64,000 nucleotides of DNA from an uncultured Poribacteria bacterium. Lineage in GTDB: Bacteria > Poribacteria > WGA-4E > WGA-3G. The position numbers and the translations under genes were made by a program. Below, piece by piece: positions 52,628 to 62,826 of the stretch. Location: NCBI GenBank assembly GCA_951813565.1, contig OX638351.1, positions 4,352,001-4,416,000 of the forward strand, read 5' to 3'. The notes under the pieces were generated by a model that was not told the origin of the DNA, ran no database searches, and saw only the letters and a program-made list of their open reading frames with translations. Position 1 is the stretch's first letter. Every line of letters begins with the position of its first letter.

Positions 52628-53366
52628 TGAATCAACGCCGAATACGCCAAATCAAGAAATCAATGGTATGAATCATGACGAATGCCATACGGGGAATGCC
52701 AAAGGGCATTCATACCGTTGATTTGGCGCATTCGTCTTTATACCAAATTAACGGGATTTATCGCATTTTCCGGACGGTAGGTGCGGTTTCCTAACCGCTC
52801 CATAACTGTCAATTTAAGAAAAAAAGCGTTTGTAGTCGTGCAATTCATTGCCAAATCAACGCCAAGCGCACTTGGGCGAATACGCGTGGTATTCGCCATG
52901 ACTTGTCGCCTCGGACATTCTGTAGGAGCGAGCTCCAGCTCGCGACCGGGAGGTCGCTCCTACAGAAGAAAATCGGGGTTGAAAACCCGCAGCATGCCGG
53001 ACGCGCATGCTGCGTTGATTTGGACAAATGCCAAAAAGCGCATTTGGCGTTGATTTGGCAGCATGCCGGACGCGCATGCTGCGTTGATTTGGACAAATGC
53101 CAAAAAGCGCATTTGGCGTTGATTTGGCAGCATGCCGGACGCGCATGCTGCGTTGATTCACTCCCACAAGAGGGTATATCCTTAAATTGACGCATAAGGT
53201 ACGTTTTCCTAACTGCTCCATAAATATGAATCAAGTTAATGTGGTATTAGTCATTCACCGGGTATGAATGCCGTTTAGGCATTCCCCGTGTGGTATTCGG
53301 CGGGAGCGATCTCCGAATCGCGACTAATGCCACTCGTAGTCGGGAATCGGAGTTCCCTCCTACAGA
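52628..53366. repeat. Deeply nested REP/MITE/micro-module mosaic
   Basis: IS231-like MITE at 52801-53198, five-unit array at 52989-53160, nested modules at 52630-52736 and 52851-52906. Confidence 0.8.
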
Positions 53367-53648
53367 TAAATATATCTAATTAAATCAATAATCTACCATC
53401 AATAGGCATAATTTTTGTAGTGTTGTTTTCAAGTCCAATATTCTTTTATTTTCAACATCATAACTCATAGGAATTGAACAAAGGACACATAACGTTGTGC
53501 AAATATTGTGCCATCTCTTACAATAAGCAGATGCCCGTATCTTGATAAAATTATCTGATTTTTCTGTTCAAAAAATGGACATTTCTGTTCAAAAAATGGA
53601 CAGGGTAATCATCGCTACAAAAATAGGGGTGGAATAGAAATACGATAT

Positions 53649-54383
53649 TCATCCGATGGCTCTTTCATTTGTAGAATCGGTATGGACATTGCTATAGAGC
53701 TCCGTTCCCTTTTTATTACAAAATACCAATATGAACAGGTTTTCTTCTGCTTGTTCTACATCTTTACAAAAGAGATGTTTCTCAATGAGATACTTAGCAA
53801 ATGCGACTGTCCAAAAATAGGAGGGGTAGAAGAACGTCCCTTTGTCAGGAATTGTGCTGTGTCCTCCCTTTAAACCGGTCAGTGCATCGTAGCGATCCAG
53901 AAAAGCTGCCTGACCCGCTCTCTTGATAAATTCATCATGCATAAATACAACAAAAAGACCGTTATTCGATAAAATCTGTTTTAGTTGAACTGTCATGTTT
54001 TCCAGCGCCTGATATGATACCTCAACTATATTTGAAGGGAATAGTGCAAGATCGAAAGAATTCTCTTTGTAAGGTAGAGAACCTATATCTCCAATATTAA
54101 ATTGACATTGACTTTTTCTATTATGTGCTACCTTTTTTGCGTGGCGGATTGGAATTTCTGCACAGTCAATGCCGGTTGCTATCGCCCCCATATCTTCCAT
54201 AGCAAAGGTGCACCGTCCTGCATTGCAGCCTAAGTCTAATGCACGCATGCCGGGCTGTATCAACTTACACAAGTGTTTTGCATATCTATCAAAAACAAAT
54301 TGCGATTTCGGATTATCAGGGTCAGTTGTCGGGTGAACACCTGATGCGTTGTATAATTTCTGGATCGCATTAATTGTATCCAT
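53649..54383 (-). CDS. Class I SAM-dependent methyltransferase
   Basis: ALDLGCNAG, GD..SLPY..NSFD. Confidence 0.85.
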   Translation of the reverse strand: MDTINAIQKLYNASGVHPTTDPDNPKSQFVFDRYAKHLCKLIQPGMRALDLGCNAGRCTFAMEDMGAIATGIDCAEIPIRHAKKVAHNRKSQCQFNIGDIGSLPYKENSFDLALFPSNIVEVSYQALENMTVQLKQILSNNGLFVVFMHDEFIKRAGQAAFLDRYDALTGLKGGHSTIPDKGTFFYPSYFWTVAFAKYLIEKHLFCKDVEQAEENLFILVFCNKKGTELYSNVHTDSTNERAIG

Positions 54384-54820
54384 ATTTTGCTTTTCCTTTA
54401 TCTATGAGTTGTGTAGGATTATGTAGTTTGCTCGTTTCAGGCGTTACAATGTTTGTAGCGTATCACATAAATCAGATTTGTTAGACTTTGTTTTATTTAA
54501 CGCTCACTCATGTTGTAGGGCGGGTCCCGGGGAATGCCGAAGGCATTCATACCGTTGATTTTTTGATTTGGTGCCCGCCCGTTGTTCTATCCTCAAGACA
54601 TGGCGAGGCACAGAGACCTCGCCCTACAAATGATTTGGCTCATGTAAAGAATGAGTGCTAATCAAAAGGTTTAACCCGCGTGGTCATTGCCTTCATTAAA
54701 AACAACCGCACACACTTTTTACATGAGCGAATGATTTATGAGATAGTTTGTAGTAGCAATTTATTATCCGTTCTGTAGCGATTCAAACTTGTGTAAGTCC
54801 TATTGTATATTAGTTAATAA

Positions 54821-55390
54821 CTAAAAATGAAGTTGAAGGAGGGGTTTAACCTTTATCTGCTGATAGGTTTCCTCTGTGACAAACCCTGAGAAGAACGGCG
54901 TGAAAAACGCGTCAGCGATATCCAAAAATATAGGCAGATTTATTCCCATATAATCCCCGTTTGCGTCACCGCATTCAACGACAACTTGCCGTAATTTATC
55001 GCGTCCAGCAGTAGAAAGCGTCCGCAACGGTCGCAGCATTCGCATGTGGTATTTGATTAGCGAGGCAGACACCTGAATTAACCCTTGCAGAAAAAGCCGA
55101 TACGTATCTTCCGCTTGATGCCATAATCCTTCCCATGCTTCATGTGCTTCCCACCAGTATGCAAAGTTATAGAGATCAACACCGTATAAGTACGCTTCGT
55201 TCTGTTTCCACATTTCTGGTGGAAGCGGTGTGTCGTCAAGTTCTTCTTCCATGCCGTAACTGTGTCCGAGCGGATCACGAATCGGATGCGGTGTAACGCC
55301 TGGTATATGACGGTATGGTGGAAAAGGCATTTGTGGACAATACCGATGCCAATTGGTATCAAAAGGTTGGGGTTGTTTGTGGATGTCCAT
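54821..55390 (-). CDS. DUF309 protein
   Basis: YWWEAHEAWEGLW...QGLIQ. Confidence 0.88.
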   Translation of the reverse strand: MDIHKQPQPFDTNWHRYCPQMPFPPYRHIPGVTPHPIRDPLGHSYGMEEELDDTPLPPEMWKQNEAYLYGVDLYNFAYWWEAHEAWEGLWHQAEDTYRLFLQGLIQVSASLIKYHMRMLRPLRTLSTAGRDKLRQVVVECGDANGDYMGINLPIFLDIADAFFTPFFSGFVTEETYQQIKVKPLLQLHF

Positions 55391-55408
55391 ATTTTACTAT
55401 AATCTGGA

Positions 55409-56767
55409 TTATCTACCCACGCCTATGTAATGAAATCCTGCACTTCTTGCCTCTTGTGGTGAAAAAACGTTGCGTCCATCAATGAGAATCGGTGTTTTCA
55501 TCTGTTTGGCAAGTTTGCGGAGTTCAAGTCTATGGTAAAACTCCCATTCAGTAACAAGCACAAGCGCATCCGCATCGTGAGCAAGCAAGTACACGTCTTC
55601 AATGAAGTCAACACAGATTTCACTCATGGTCTGCTGTGTGTTTGGCATAGCGATAGGGTCGTGAGCGCGAACATTTGCACCTTCAGCAATGAGTTGACGG
55701 ATGATATCAAGTGAGGGAGCCTCTCGAATATCGTCTGTATTTGGCTTAAAGGCAAGTCCGAGAATTCCGATAGTTTTCCCGCTGAACGTTTTCAAAACGT
55801 CACGCAATTTTTTAACGATTCGTGTACGCTGTTGAAAGTTGACGGTTCGGGCAGCTTCTGTAATTGGCATCTCATATCCAGCTTGGGCAGCAACATTCAA
55901 TAAAGCAGCAGTATCCTTCGGATAGCAGCTACCACCCCAACCAAGACCGGCGCGGAGGAATCTATGTCCGATACGCGAGTCAAGCCCAATACCACGTGCC
56001 ACCTCCGTCACATCCGCATCAACTTCTTCACAGAGACCGGCAATTTCGTTAATGAAACTAATTTTTAGGGCGAGAAAAGTATTGGCAGCGTATTTTATCA
56101 TCTCTGCACTGTTCGGGTCTGTTGTCATCATCGGTGGAAGGTGGTAAGCAGCGGGCCGTGGTAACGAAGGCGGTGGGTCAAATGTCTGTTCCAATATCGG
56201 TTGATATAGGTGTCGTAAATCATCTAAAGCATCATTGCTGTTTGCACCTACGACAATCCGATCTGGATAGAATGCCCCTTGCAGTGCCAAGCCTTCTTGC
56301 AAAAACTCTGGATTGGAAGCCACCGAAATATTACCCCGCATCTTGCGCTCTGAAAAGACACTTTCGACTACCTCTGCAACACGTCTATTTGTGCCGATAG
56401 GCACAGTGGATTTGACAACAAGGGTATAGTGTCTCTCTGGATGGCATACTTCTGCGACTTCTCTTGCGGCTTCTTCCACGTGCCGTGTGTCTGCCTCTCC
56501 ATTCTTTTTCGGTGGTGTGCCAACAGCAATCATAATAAGTTCTGCGTCTGGGACCACTTCAGCAACGCTTGGTGTGAAACGGATAGTGTGGCATACTTCG
56601 TCAAGGAGAGACTGAATTCCGGGTTCATGGATAGGACTTTTTCCGTCTTGCAAAAGGCTAAGTTTGTTGTTGTCTTTGTCAACTGCGGCGACATCGTGGT
56701 TAAGATAGGCGAGTACCGCTGCTGTCGTCAATCCTACGTATCCTGTCCCTATAATTGTTACTTTCAT
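55409..56767 (-). CDS. ugd: UDP-glucose/GDP-mannose dehydrogenase
   Basis: GTGYVG, KSTVP, NPEFL, GGSCYPKD, FKPNTDDIRE. Confidence 0.93.
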   Translation of the reverse strand: MKVTIIGTGYVGLTTAAVLAYLNHDVAAVDKDNNKLSLLQDGKSPIHEPGIQSLLDEVCHTIRFTPSVAEVVPDAELIMIAVGTPPKKNGEADTRHVEEAAREVAEVCHPERHYTLVVKSTVPIGTNRRVAEVVESVFSERKMRGNISVASNPEFLQEGLALQGAFYPDRIVVGANSNDALDDLRHLYQPILEQTFDPPPSLPRPAAYHLPPMMTTDPNSAEMIKYAANTFLALKISFINEIAGLCEEVDADVTEVARGIGLDSRIGHRFLRAGLGWGGSCYPKDTAALLNVAAQAGYEMPITEAARTVNFQQRTRIVKKLRDVLKTFSGKTIGILGLAFKPNTDDIREAPSLDIIRQLIAEGANVRAHDPIAMPNTQQTMSEICVDFIEDVYLLAHDADALVLVTEWEFYHRLELRKLAKQMKTPILIDGRNVFSPQEARSAGFHYIGVGR

Positions 56768-57036
56768 ATACCTCCTCAAGCGAAACGGTTTCTTGCCAAA
56801 CGAGTTGGTGTCTTGGCAGGAATTAGCAATACGAGGTTTGAAATTGTCTTTTTTTTAGATAACATGTAGATTATAGCATATCTGCCGTCTTTGCGTCAGT
56901 TATAATGTATAGTATTGACATTTTTCAGAAGCAAATATAAAATATTCTATACCGATGAATTAATTTTAAAACACTTTAGCAGTGCCCAAAACGCAATTTT
57001 ACACAGATGCGATGAATGATTTAACTCCACCACTTC

Positions 57037-58371
57037 ATGTCGAATAATGATTCACAACCCCAAACGTCTCTCCTCAAAGACGTTCTACTGATTACACCCC
57101 TTAGTCTCATAGGACGTGTCGGTACACTTCTCATCTCCGTTGCACTTGCCAATTGGTTCGGCGATACTGCAGAGATGGATTTTATCTATTATTATTGGGT
57201 CATTGCTGCATTCCTGATTGAGTTACTCAGTGCTGCTTCTGCATATTCCGTCCTTGTTCCTTTGTTAGCTGAGGCGCGAGCGAAAGGTGAAATTGAGGCA
57301 CAACGTTGTGTTCAATCCATTCTCTCTCGTTATATAACGCTTATACCGTGGCTCTGCTGTCTATTAGTTGCGATTTCATGGGGAATCTCGCAACTCTTTT
57401 TTCCAAACGCGGGGCTTACGAATTCCGCTGCAATTGGTATTGTCTGTGGATTTCTCATCTTTACGGTAATTGCATCTGCCCGCTGGATGCTTAGGGCAAT
57501 TTTAGACACCTACCAGGTATTTCATCTCCCCGTGATTGTGCAAGGTCTACGCGCTGTCATTGTTATTGGAACAATTTTTCTATGTAAACCTTATATAAGT
57601 TGGTTTTGCATTCCGCTTGCCCTCATCATCGGCGAGTCGTTTCAAACGATAATTCTATTCCAACGGTGCTGTGTCGTTTTAAAATTACCCTTGCGCGACT
57701 TATTTAGAGTCACACAAAGCCACTCGGATGCAGATAGATTTCCATACGCTAAACAATTTCTGCAACAATGCCTTTTGATGATGGGAGCAGCAATATCAGA
57801 TGGATTGAATCCCGTTGTTGACAGAGGTATGGCAAGTTCACTCGGCACAAGTTCAGTTTCAAAACTTTACTATGCCCTCCGTTTATGTGCCATCCCTGAA
57901 TCGCTCACAGGGGGGACGCTTCCCGTGCTGCTTTCTCATTGGGCAAAAATATCTTCATCAGATAATGGAAAAAAAATGCAGCAAAGTGTCTGGAGGGGTG
58001 TAGTAGTAGTGATCTTTTTGATGGTGCCGTTTCTAATCGGATTCTATATTTTCCGATCAAATATTGTGGCACTATTATATGGGCATGGGAGATTGTCTGT
58101 AGAGGCACAAAGTCATATTGCTTCCCTGCTTGGTACTTACCTGATTGGAACACTTCCGAGAATAATTAGCAGGCTGCTTATACGCGCGCATTTGGCGCGT
58201 CAGAATCACCTGACGGTTGTTACGGCAACACTTATTAGGCTCGTCCTGAATCCGGTTCTCAATTGGATTTTTATGCAGTATTGGGGATTAGAAGGTATTG
58301 CTTGGTCAACCACTTTGCTTTCTTATCCGATTCTTGCGTATATTGCAATTGAATTCTGGCGCAAAAGCTAA
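57037..58371 (+). CDS. MurJ/MviN-like MOP flippase
   Basis: Many TM helices; NPVVDR.MAS.LG..SVS.LYYA.RL. Confidence 0.8.
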   Translation: MSNNDSQPQTSLLKDVLLITPLSLIGRVGTLLISVALANWFGDTAEMDFIYYYWVIAAFLIELLSAASAYSVLVPLLAEARAKGEIEAQRCVQSILSRYITLIPWLCCLLVAISWGISQLFFPNAGLTNSAAIGIVCGFLIFTVIASARWMLRAILDTYQVFHLPVIVQGLRAVIVIGTIFLCKPYISWFCIPLALIIGESFQTIILFQRCCVVLKLPLRDLFRVTQSHSDADRFPYAKQFLQQCLLMMGAAISDGLNPVVDRGMASSLGTSSVSKLYYALRLCAIPESLTGGTLPVLLSHWAKISSSDNGKKMQQSVWRGVVVVIFLMVPFLIGFYIFRSNIVALLYGHGRLSVEAQSHIASLLGTYLIGTLPRIISRLLIRAHLARQNHLTVVTATLIRLVLNPVLNWIFMQYWGLEGIAWSTTLLSYPILAYIAIEFWRKS

Positions 58372-59084
58372 ACTTCTGAAAAACGTTCTGGGTAGTTTGA
58401 TGTGATACCTTGGACTCCAAAAGCGATCACCTGACGCATACGATCAATATCGTCGACTGTCCAACTCCACAGTGCGATACCACGCCGACGGATTTCATAA
58501 GCGAATTCTTCAGTTACCAGTTGGTGATTGACATTAAGTAAGCTGCTGCCGAGTTCGCTGATTTGTTGACACAGTTGGATCGGATCTCTATGTCCGTTGT
58601 TACTTCCGATAAGCCATCCTGTTGGAATGCGTGGCTCTAAAGTGCGAACGGTTTGCAGAACAGAGGTGTGAAAAGATATAATGACGGTGAGTTCAAGTAG
58701 ATCCATCTCTTTGATTTTTTGGACAACAGCGGCGGCTATAGTTTCATCCTTAATTTCCAAAACTGCAATTGCATTGTCTGTAATACATGCTAATGCTTCT
58801 GCAAGCATCGGTACCGGTTCACCTTCAAACTCAGGATTGAACCATGCACCTGCATCGGCACGTTTGATAACCTCTAAGGTCGTTTGTTTAATTGGGCCGC
58901 TCAGGTTCGTTGTTCGATCCAAGGAAGCGTCGTGTATTACAACAATTTCACCGTCCGCTGTGCCGTGTAGGTCAAGTTCAACGGCATCCACGCCGATTTC
59001 AATTGCTTTCTTGAATGCTGCGAGTGTATTTTCCGGGGCGATTCCCGATGCACCACGGTGCGCTATCCGAATCCACGAGTTCAT
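58368..59084 (-). CDS. Glycerophosphodiester phosphodiesterase
   Basis: AHRGASG..PENT, ELD, HD..LDRTT. Confidence 0.93.
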   Translation of the reverse strand: MNSWIRIAHRGASGIAPENTLAAFKKAIEIGVDAVELDLHGTADGEIVVIHDASLDRTTNLSGPIKQTTLEVIKRADAGAWFNPEFEGEPVPMLAEALACITDNAIAVLEIKDETIAAAVVQKIKEMDLLELTVIISFHTSVLQTVRTLEPRIPTGWLIGSNNGHRDPIQLCQQISELGSSLLNVNHQLVTEEFAYEIRRRGIALWSWTVDDIDRMRQVIAFGVQGITSNYPERFSEV

Positions 59085-59090
59085 AACGTT

Positions 59091-60539
59091 CTATTTCCTG
59101 CTATTTTCATCACCTTGTTGTTTTATCTTTTTTATGAGAGTCGTCCGACTGATACCAAGCAATTCTGCGGTTTTGCTATGATTGTCCGAGCATTCATCTA
59201 ACGCTAATTCAATCAGTGCTTTATCCAACAGTGTGACAACATCATCGTAGAGTTGCTGGCTACCTTCAGCAATCGCAGCTTTAGTAATCCCGCGTAAAAC
59301 AGATTTGAGAGAGGTTTCTAAATGTGAGGAATCAGAGGTGAGGGTATGTCCTGTGTGTATTTCGGAGGGTAGGTCATCTGGCAAAATTACATCTGATCGC
59401 GAAAGTGTTGCAGCGCTTCTGAGGCAGTTTTCTAACTCGCGGACGTTACCGGGCCACGCATAATTTTGTATCAGTTTCATGCCCTCTTCTGATATGCCAC
59501 GGATCGGTTTGCCGAGTTCGTCTTGGATAAGTTGTAGGAAGTGGGTGACAAGCAACGGAATATCTTCTTGCCGTTCTCGTAGAGGCGGGAGATGGAGTGA
59601 GATGCGTTTGAAGCGGTAGTAGAGATCAGCACGGAATTCTCCGAGTTTGACCATTTCTCCGAGTTCCCGATTAGTAGCGGCAATGACGCGCACATCTACC
59701 TTAAGGGTTCGCGTGCCACCTAACCTCTCAATCTCTTGCGTTTGTAATGTGCGTAGCAACTTTACTTGCAAAGCAGGACTCATATTAGCAACTTCATCAA
59801 GGAAAAGCGTACCACTATCTGCTAATTCAAATCGTCCGGGTTTTCCCTGCGCTTTTGCACCTGTGAATGCGCCTGCTTCGTAGCCAAACAACTCGCTTTC
59901 CAAAAGTTCATCTGGAAGTGCCCCACAATCAATTGGGACGAATGGTTTATCTTTCCGTTCACTCCCCATGTGAATTGCACGGGCAACGAGGTCTTTTCCT
60001 GTTCCTGTTTCGCCTTCAATTAGCACTGTTGTAGCGTTGCTCGCCATCACCCCGATGAGTTTGTAAATTTCGCGCATCTGCTCGCTTTTTCCAACGAGTC
60101 GATGCTCTCGTTGCTCCGCTGGGGAATCGCTGTCTGTTTCCACAGGCAGAGTGCTTCGGACAGATTGCGTACGAAAAGCACGTTCAAGCACGCCTTTGAC
60201 GACATCTAAATCAATCGGTTTCGGGACAAAATCGAATGCATGTAGACGCATTGCTTCTATTGTCGTTTCTACATCATCATAAGCAGTAATTATAACTACA
60301 ATTACCCACGGATGGTGAGCCTTAATTTCCGCCAACGCCTCCAAGCCGCTCATTCCCGGGAGTCCAACATCAAGTAAAACAACATCCGGTTTGTCAGAAG
60401 TGATACGACGTAAGCCTTCCTCGGCACTGTTCGCGATGGTAGGATTATAACCTTCACCTTCAAGGAACTGCTTAAATGCCCAACAGATTTTCTCATCGTC
60501 GTCAATTACCAATACATTTTTCATGATGCTGTCCTTCAC
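59091..60539 (-). CDS. Sigma54-dependent NtrC-family response regulator
   Basis: REC domain, GETGTGK, GAFTGA, Fis HTH. Confidence 0.94.
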   Translation of the reverse strand: MKDSIMKNVLVIDDDEKICWAFKQFLEGEGYNPTIANSAEEGLRRITSDKPDVVLLDVGLPGMSGLEALAEIKAHHPWVIVVIITAYDDVETTIEAMRLHAFDFVPKPIDLDVVKGVLERAFRTQSVRSTLPVETDSDSPAEQREHRLVGKSEQMREIYKLIGVMASNATTVLIEGETGTGKDLVARAIHMGSERKDKPFVPIDCGALPDELLESELFGYEAGAFTGAKAQGKPGRFELADSGTLFLDEVANMSPALQVKLLRTLQTQEIERLGGTRTLKVDVRVIAATNRELGEMVKLGEFRADLYYRFKRISLHLPPLRERQEDIPLLVTHFLQLIQDELGKPIRGISEEGMKLIQNYAWPGNVRELENCLRSAATLSRSDVILPDDLPSEIHTGHTLTSDSSHLETSLKSVLRGITKAAIAEGSQQLYDDVVTLLDKALIELALDECSDNHSKTAELLGISRTTLIKKIKQQGDENSRK

Positions 60540-60561
60540 CTGTTTTACATTCCCACGTCTT

Positions 60562-61836
60562 TTACCGTTTCCCGCCCTCTATTGAAAGCAGAAACTTTTT
60601 TCCATCGTCGCTCATCTCAGGTTCACCTGCCTCCGTTGTCTGTTTTTCAAGTTTTTTCTTCAGAACAGGGTAAGAATCCACTACGGGAGTTTCGCTAAGA
60701 GATGTCAGAGCCGGTTTACGGGCTTCAGCTCCTGTGACTGCTCCAACAAGGCGTTCATTTTTTTCTGCTACATATCCAGCATCTCGTGCTTTGAAATCTG
60801 GTAAAACCCTATCGGCAAATAGTGCTAACGATTCACATATATCTTCATGTTGATTCATACCTGCTTGCTGAATGAAGACGACCTGATCTACGCCTGCGTC
60901 CTCCATTATTTCTAAATGTTCGCGGACTTGGTCGGGAGTGCCGATTCCTGCGCGTGCTTCAGCAGGGTCTTGCTTTGATTGTTTATACAATTTCCAGATA
61001 TCTGTTTCACCCGGAACTTGTGAACCGTTATAATAGTAATGTGCAAGCGCAAATCGGAAGAAACGTAAACCGTCTAAACCGCGCGCGAGCGCTACCTCCT
61101 CGTTTTCATGGCAGGAAAAACCGGACACCATAGCGATGTTCGGGTTCACCCTTTGTGTTAGCGGCGTGCATTCGTTTTCAAAGATTTCATAATACTCTTC
61201 CACCCAGAATTTTGCTTCGTTTGCATCAACAAAGGCGAAGGTAAGTGCGCCTAATCCGTATCTGGCGGCGTATCGGAGACTGTCTCGACTGGAGCAGGCT
61301 ACCCATGGTGGCGGGTGTGGTGTTTGTAACGGCTTCGGAATAACATTGCGAGGCGGCATTGAAAAATGTTTTCCATCATAACCTGCATAGGGGGACTGTG
61401 TCATCATTTTGGCAGTTTCGCGCGTGCATTCTTCCCACATCTCACGTTTGCACTTTGGGTCAACTTTGAATCCGCCGAGTTCCATGTGTGAGGCAGACTC
61501 ACCTGTTCCCCACTCTACGCGTCCGTTTGACACTAAGTCGAGTGTAGAGATGCGTTCGGCTACACGTGCTGGATGGTTGTATGCTGGCGGCATCAGAACG
61601 ATACCATGGCCTAACCGTATTTGCTTTGTTCGTTGGCTGCATGCTGCAAGGAATACCTCGGGTGCTGAAGAGTGCGAATACTCTTCAAGGAAGTGATGTT
61701 CTACTTCCCAAATATAGTCAAACCCAAGTTTGTCCGCCAGTTCGACTTGTGCTAACGCGTCTTGAAAAAGTTTGTGTTCAGCGCCTTCACGCCATGGACG
61801 GGGAATTTGGTGTTCATAAAACAACCCAAATTTCAT
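60562..61836 (-). CDS. LLM-class flavin-dependent oxidoreductase
   Basis: ADKLGFD..W.VEHH, HPARVAE...LDLVSNGR. Confidence 0.92.
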   Translation of the reverse strand: MKFGLFYEHQIPRPWREGAEHKLFQDALAQVELADKLGFDYIWEVEHHFLEEYSHSSAPEVFLAACSQRTKQIRLGHGIVLMPPAYNHPARVAERISTLDLVSNGRVEWGTGESASHMELGGFKVDPKCKREMWEECTRETAKMMTQSPYAGYDGKHFSMPPRNVIPKPLQTPHPPPWVACSSRDSLRYAARYGLGALTFAFVDANEAKFWVEEYYEIFENECTPLTQRVNPNIAMVSGFSCHENEEVALARGLDGLRFFRFALAHYYYNGSQVPGETDIWKLYKQSKQDPAEARAGIGTPDQVREHLEIMEDAGVDQVVFIQQAGMNQHEDICESLALFADRVLPDFKARDAGYVAEKNERLVGAVTGAEARKPALTSLSETPVVDSYPVLKKKLEKQTTEAGEPEMSDDGKKFLLSIEGGKR

Positions 61837-61964
61837 GCGTTTATGGTGTTTCCTTTCTCATACTAATTTTATGGTGTAGATGTCGCGAGCTGGAGCTCGC
61901 TCCTACAGGAAGAGTCTTGCTGTGCTATAAATAACTTACTCATAATTTGAAAGTAGGTATAGTA

Positions 61965-62753
61965 CTACTTTTCGAGTGCCTGCATTTCCGCTTCTGTTAA
62001 CTGCCATTCAAAGATGTCTAAGTTTTCACGCAGATGTGGTTCTGAACCGGATTTTGGGATAACAACAATTTCTTTCTGAATCAGCCATCGTAATGCGACT
62101 TGTGCAGCTGTTTTTCCGTGTCTGTTGCCGATTTCTGCTAATTCCGTGTCTCCTGCGAGGTTTCCTACAGCAAGTGGCCTGTGAGCAGTGATAGGGATGT
62201 TCCGTGTTTCGCAATGCTCTCGCAACGCTTCCTTGTTATTGCGGACATGATATTCAACTTGATTTGTGCAAATCGGCAGTTCAGATACCTTGCATGCTCT
62301 GTCAACTTGTTCAATACTAAAATTGCTGATACCGATGCTTTTCACCTTGCCCGCGTCGTAGATCTTTTGGAAGGCCCCAAATGTTTCTTCAAACGGGATC
62401 GTGTCACTTGGCCAGTGGATTAACAACAGATCAACATAATCCATCTGCAGATCGCTTATACATACCTCAAACTGGCTTAGTACATCGGCATGTTTCAGAT
62501 GGGTATGCCAAATTTTGGTTGTAATAAAGAGGTCTTCACGTTCAACGTTTATATTTCGAAGTGCTTTCCCTATTTGTCGTTGGTTTTCGTACATCCACGC
62601 CGTATCAATGTGGGTATATCCCATTTCAATTGCTATTTTGATAATCCGTTCACACTGTCTACCTTTTAGTTGCCAGGTTCCTAAGCCTAACATAGGCATT
62701 TCGTGTCCTGATGCAAGTTTGACGTTTTTCATAACTACAATGCGGGTCTCCAA
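61965..62753 (-). CDS. Aldo/keto reductase
   Basis: GLGTW, DTAWMY, LIHWP, IGISNF, IPKS. Confidence 0.94.
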   Translation of the reverse strand: METRIVVMKNVKLASGHEMPMLGLGTWQLKGRQCERIIKIAIEMGYTHIDTAWMYENQRQIGKALRNINVEREDLFITTKIWHTHLKHADVLSQFEVCISDLQMDYVDLLLIHWPSDTIPFEETFGAFQKIYDAGKVKSIGISNFSIEQVDRACKVSELPICTNQVEYHVRNNKEALREHCETRNIPITAHRPLAVGNLAGDTELAEIGNRHGKTAAQVALRWLIQKEIVVIPKSGSEPHLRENLDIFEWQLTEAEMQALEK

Positions 62754-62826
62754 ACAATACCCAACCTCTCCTTTTTAAATGCATGATAGTCAATTCTAAA
62801 AAAAAGTCAAGAGAAATGTGATGCCT

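Noticed and set aside
52989..53160. CRISPR array
   Set aside because: Units alternate identically with no unique spacers, the constant part is only about 11 nt, and there are no cas genes.
52781..53234. Short repetitive ORFs in repeat mosaics (also 38287-38548, 43367-43630, 24631-24828)
   Set aside because: They are translations of REP/module arrays with no RBS or family motifs.
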